Source of the DNA: Octopus bimaculoides
Taxonomy: Eukaryota
Length of the DNA: 37,753 bases
Assembly (NCBI RefSeq): GCF_001194135.2
Contig: NC_068981.1
Coordinates: 122,241,986-122,279,738 of the forward strand
Reading direction: 5' to 3'
Shown in pieces: positions 35,300 through 37,753 of the stretch (positions are counted from its first letter, which is position 1; each line of letters begins with the position of its first letter). Under the pieces are notes generated by a model. It was not told where the DNA came from and did not search any database. It saw only the letters and a list, made by a program, of their open reading frames with translations. A program made the position numbers and the translations under genes.

Positions 35300-37125
35300 A
35301 TAATCTAGAATTATTGCCGCAGAACGAAGGGATTAAAATGTACATATATTTCTTGGAAAATAGCTTTATTAATTTTCGAAAATAAGTAACCGGTATTATT
35401 TCCTGCTAGATTGCCAGTATCTTACAGATTGTGTCTACTTGTTTAAAAAGCGCGATACATAGATGAATAATTTTGAATATAAGTGAGTATGATCAAGGTT
35501 AACATTGATTTCAGTTGCATGATTTGGGAAATAACGATATCGACTATGTCGTGCTCCGGCTACTCTACAACGAGGAAATGATTTTGTTTGTTTGAATCAG
35601 AGCATGTATTCGCTCCATAAGGGTGAGGTTTGTTTTATATAACAAATATATTTTTACGTGTTTAGATGTAATTCCATGGATGGCATACAATACGCTCAGA
35701 AGCATTTAAAAGAGTAATGTATTTGCTGCGTAAATTTTTATTGCAATTATTTTTAGGTTAAGCAAGTTGCGGAAGGTCAGTCCGTTTTATAAAGATATAC
35801 TAATAAGCATCATCGATAACGTCTAAGGGTAAACGAAATGTGTGCTTTTGCCGAATTATTTTTAAAAAATCTCGCTATTAATATAGACAGAAATTTTTTA
35901 CTAAAATAAAGCTAAACTTTTACTGTGTATGAATGTATAGGTTTTATATTTTGGGAAAAATATATCATTTCCAATAGCTTTCAATAATTTGCAGCTTAAT
36001 AGCATTCAGCGAATGTTATAAGGGCGATTTTGCTGGGTATATTATATTCGTTTAAGTTGTTAAACCATCTACCTATTTGTATTCAGGAAAGTAGGTATTT
36101 AAGTTGAAAATGTCCGCTAGGTATAGTAATTGTACTGTCAGGCACAAACGCTGGAACTTATTTAAAATTAGCAAACTGTATCTCAGTAACTAGAGGGCCT
36201 GACTGTTACGTAAGTATCAAACCAGCTGTAATCTATCATCTTAGACATTAGCTGCTAAAACAAGAATTGAAGTAAGAACAGTAAAAGCTTTTTTTTTTAA
36301 ACAGCTTGTTCTAAAGTGGACTCATTGATATAAGGTCTAGCCTCTTACAGTTATTTAAATCAAAGTAATTCAAGACATAGATGTCATATTGAATATCGAT
36401 GTATCTACCAATGTAATTCTCACTTAACATTTGGAGAAGTTACAGAACTGGAAAAACATCGGGAACGATACAAATGACTTAGCGTCTATTCTTTAAACAG
36501 TATTCAGAACTCTCACATGAGTGCATAGACACAAGTGTAACAAGGAGAGTGAACAACTCTATGCCAATCAGAAAAATTTCTCACTGACATAATTTGCCAA
36601 AAGAAGTATGCTAAAATACGTCTTATGCTTTGATTAACATTTTTTTTTATTGCAGCATTAAATACGTTTTGATGCTGCTATTTGGTTGACTCACGATTTT
36701 TATTATCCTACAAATGTGTTATTGACTAAAATGAAAAAAGGTTGTAGCGAAACGCTTAGCAATAACATATTGACCGTAATGATGAAGAAATGAAAAGTAC
36801 TCTTAATTCTTCTTCATGATGCAAACTATTGAAATTCAGAGCTGAAACACTTAGAAATGCTAACTATATTAACTGACTGAAGACTACCTGATATATTTCC
36901 AAATATTTGTGCTAGTTTGGCAATATTCTTGGCAAATCATGTTACCGTTGCATCAGCAGACAGATTTTTCAGCAACCTGAAAAATAACGAAAACGTTTAA
37001 AAGACTACCACGTCTAAATTCGCCTTGCTAATTTAGCTAGACTGAATATTAAAGCGAGCACTGCTAGAGAAATTGATTTTGGTAGTGTTATTAGAAACTT
37101 TGCAGATGAAATGAACAAGAAACCA
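35300..37125 (+). pseudogene. Decayed hAT-superfamily transposase (ZMYM1/Zaphod-like type)
   Basis: 36842-37125 translates LKHLEMLTILTD*RLPDIFPNICASLAIFLANHVTVASADRFFSNLK/../IRLANLARLNIKASTAREIDFGSVIRNFADE, a clear hAT C-terminal dimerisation motif (FPN...PVTVASAERSFSKLK...RL..LA.L.IE). Upstream, weaker motifs occur in the expected order: ISEYD (~35480), KYIFTCLDVIP (~35650), KRWNLFK and SVTR (~36140-36200). The C-terminal domain is solid; the 5' extent is uncertain. Confidence 0.75.
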
Positions 37126-37753
37126 TATTTCGTTGGCTTATTAGGACTATCTTAGTTTTGTGTGAATTATTTAATTGCGTGGTCATTCTAGTAAGGAGGA
37201 AATTAAACATTTAGGAAAGTTTACCAGGGTATATTCAGCTAAGCTTAGACTTACCATTATTTACACGTTTGCTTTAATAATCAAACACAAAAATCTGACT
37301 TTACCTTTAAGCTCAAAATCAAATCAAAGGGTGTTATCGGGTTATATCGCGTAGTCTGAATATATTATACCTGACAGAACCCCAGTCAGAACATAGTCTT
37401 TACTTTCTAAGGAGAAAGAGAAAGAATTGAGAAATAAGAAGGGTAAATCATTTACTTCAGTGATCTGACAACTCTACCAACAAGCGTCCTCTTCTCTGTA
37501 TCCGTTTATATTTACCAAGAAGAGAAACTTGCAGCTTTAACATTTTATGTTGAATAAATATTGTTAAAAATATATGGTCGAAATCCATTTGGAAATTAAT
37601 TCATCAATTACAGTAAACAAACTGTACCTTGAAAGATTTCTCACTGAAGTTATATATATATAAATATGTATATATATAATTCAATAATAGGATAAAGTCT
37701 TTATAAGAATTTATCAAGTAGTTAGCGTGAAAAAACCTCATAAGGGAAAAAAA

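Noticed and set aside
1-37753. CRISPR array, operon, or prokaryotic/viral defence system
   Set aside because: There is no regularly spaced repeat-spacer array and no gene-dense region. The recurring ~200-bp homologies are dispersed SINEs in eukaryotic DNA.

Overview
This is an AT-rich, gene-poor eukaryotic scaffold segment with six N-gaps and many microsatellites. It very probably comes from an octopus: three tRNA-derived SINE families recur and match what I recall of Octopus repeats (an inference, not a database search). I find no supportable host protein-coding exon, rRNA, true tRNA, CRISPR array or prokaryotic system. Most ORF-track entries are artefacts of microsatellites or N-gaps, and the few with real homology are pieces of dead transposons. 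These are a FLYWCH-bearing Mutator-like (MULE) transposase pseudogene (~4.0-5.15 kb, -), a near-full-length D,D34D mariner (7.3-8.5 kb, +), and two different Tc1/mariner elements of probable DD37D/maT type (13.7-14.4 kb and 15.3-16.15 kb, -). There is also a decayed hAT transposase (~35.3-37.1 kb, +), about 13 SINE copies or fragments, and weak LINE and Penelope-like remnants. The most unusual structure is a 37-bp-stem foldback (7260-7336) formed by inverted duplication of the mariner's left end, which replaced the outer part of its TIR. I do not see a convincing new biological system; the findings are mostly TE-architecture observations of modest interest.
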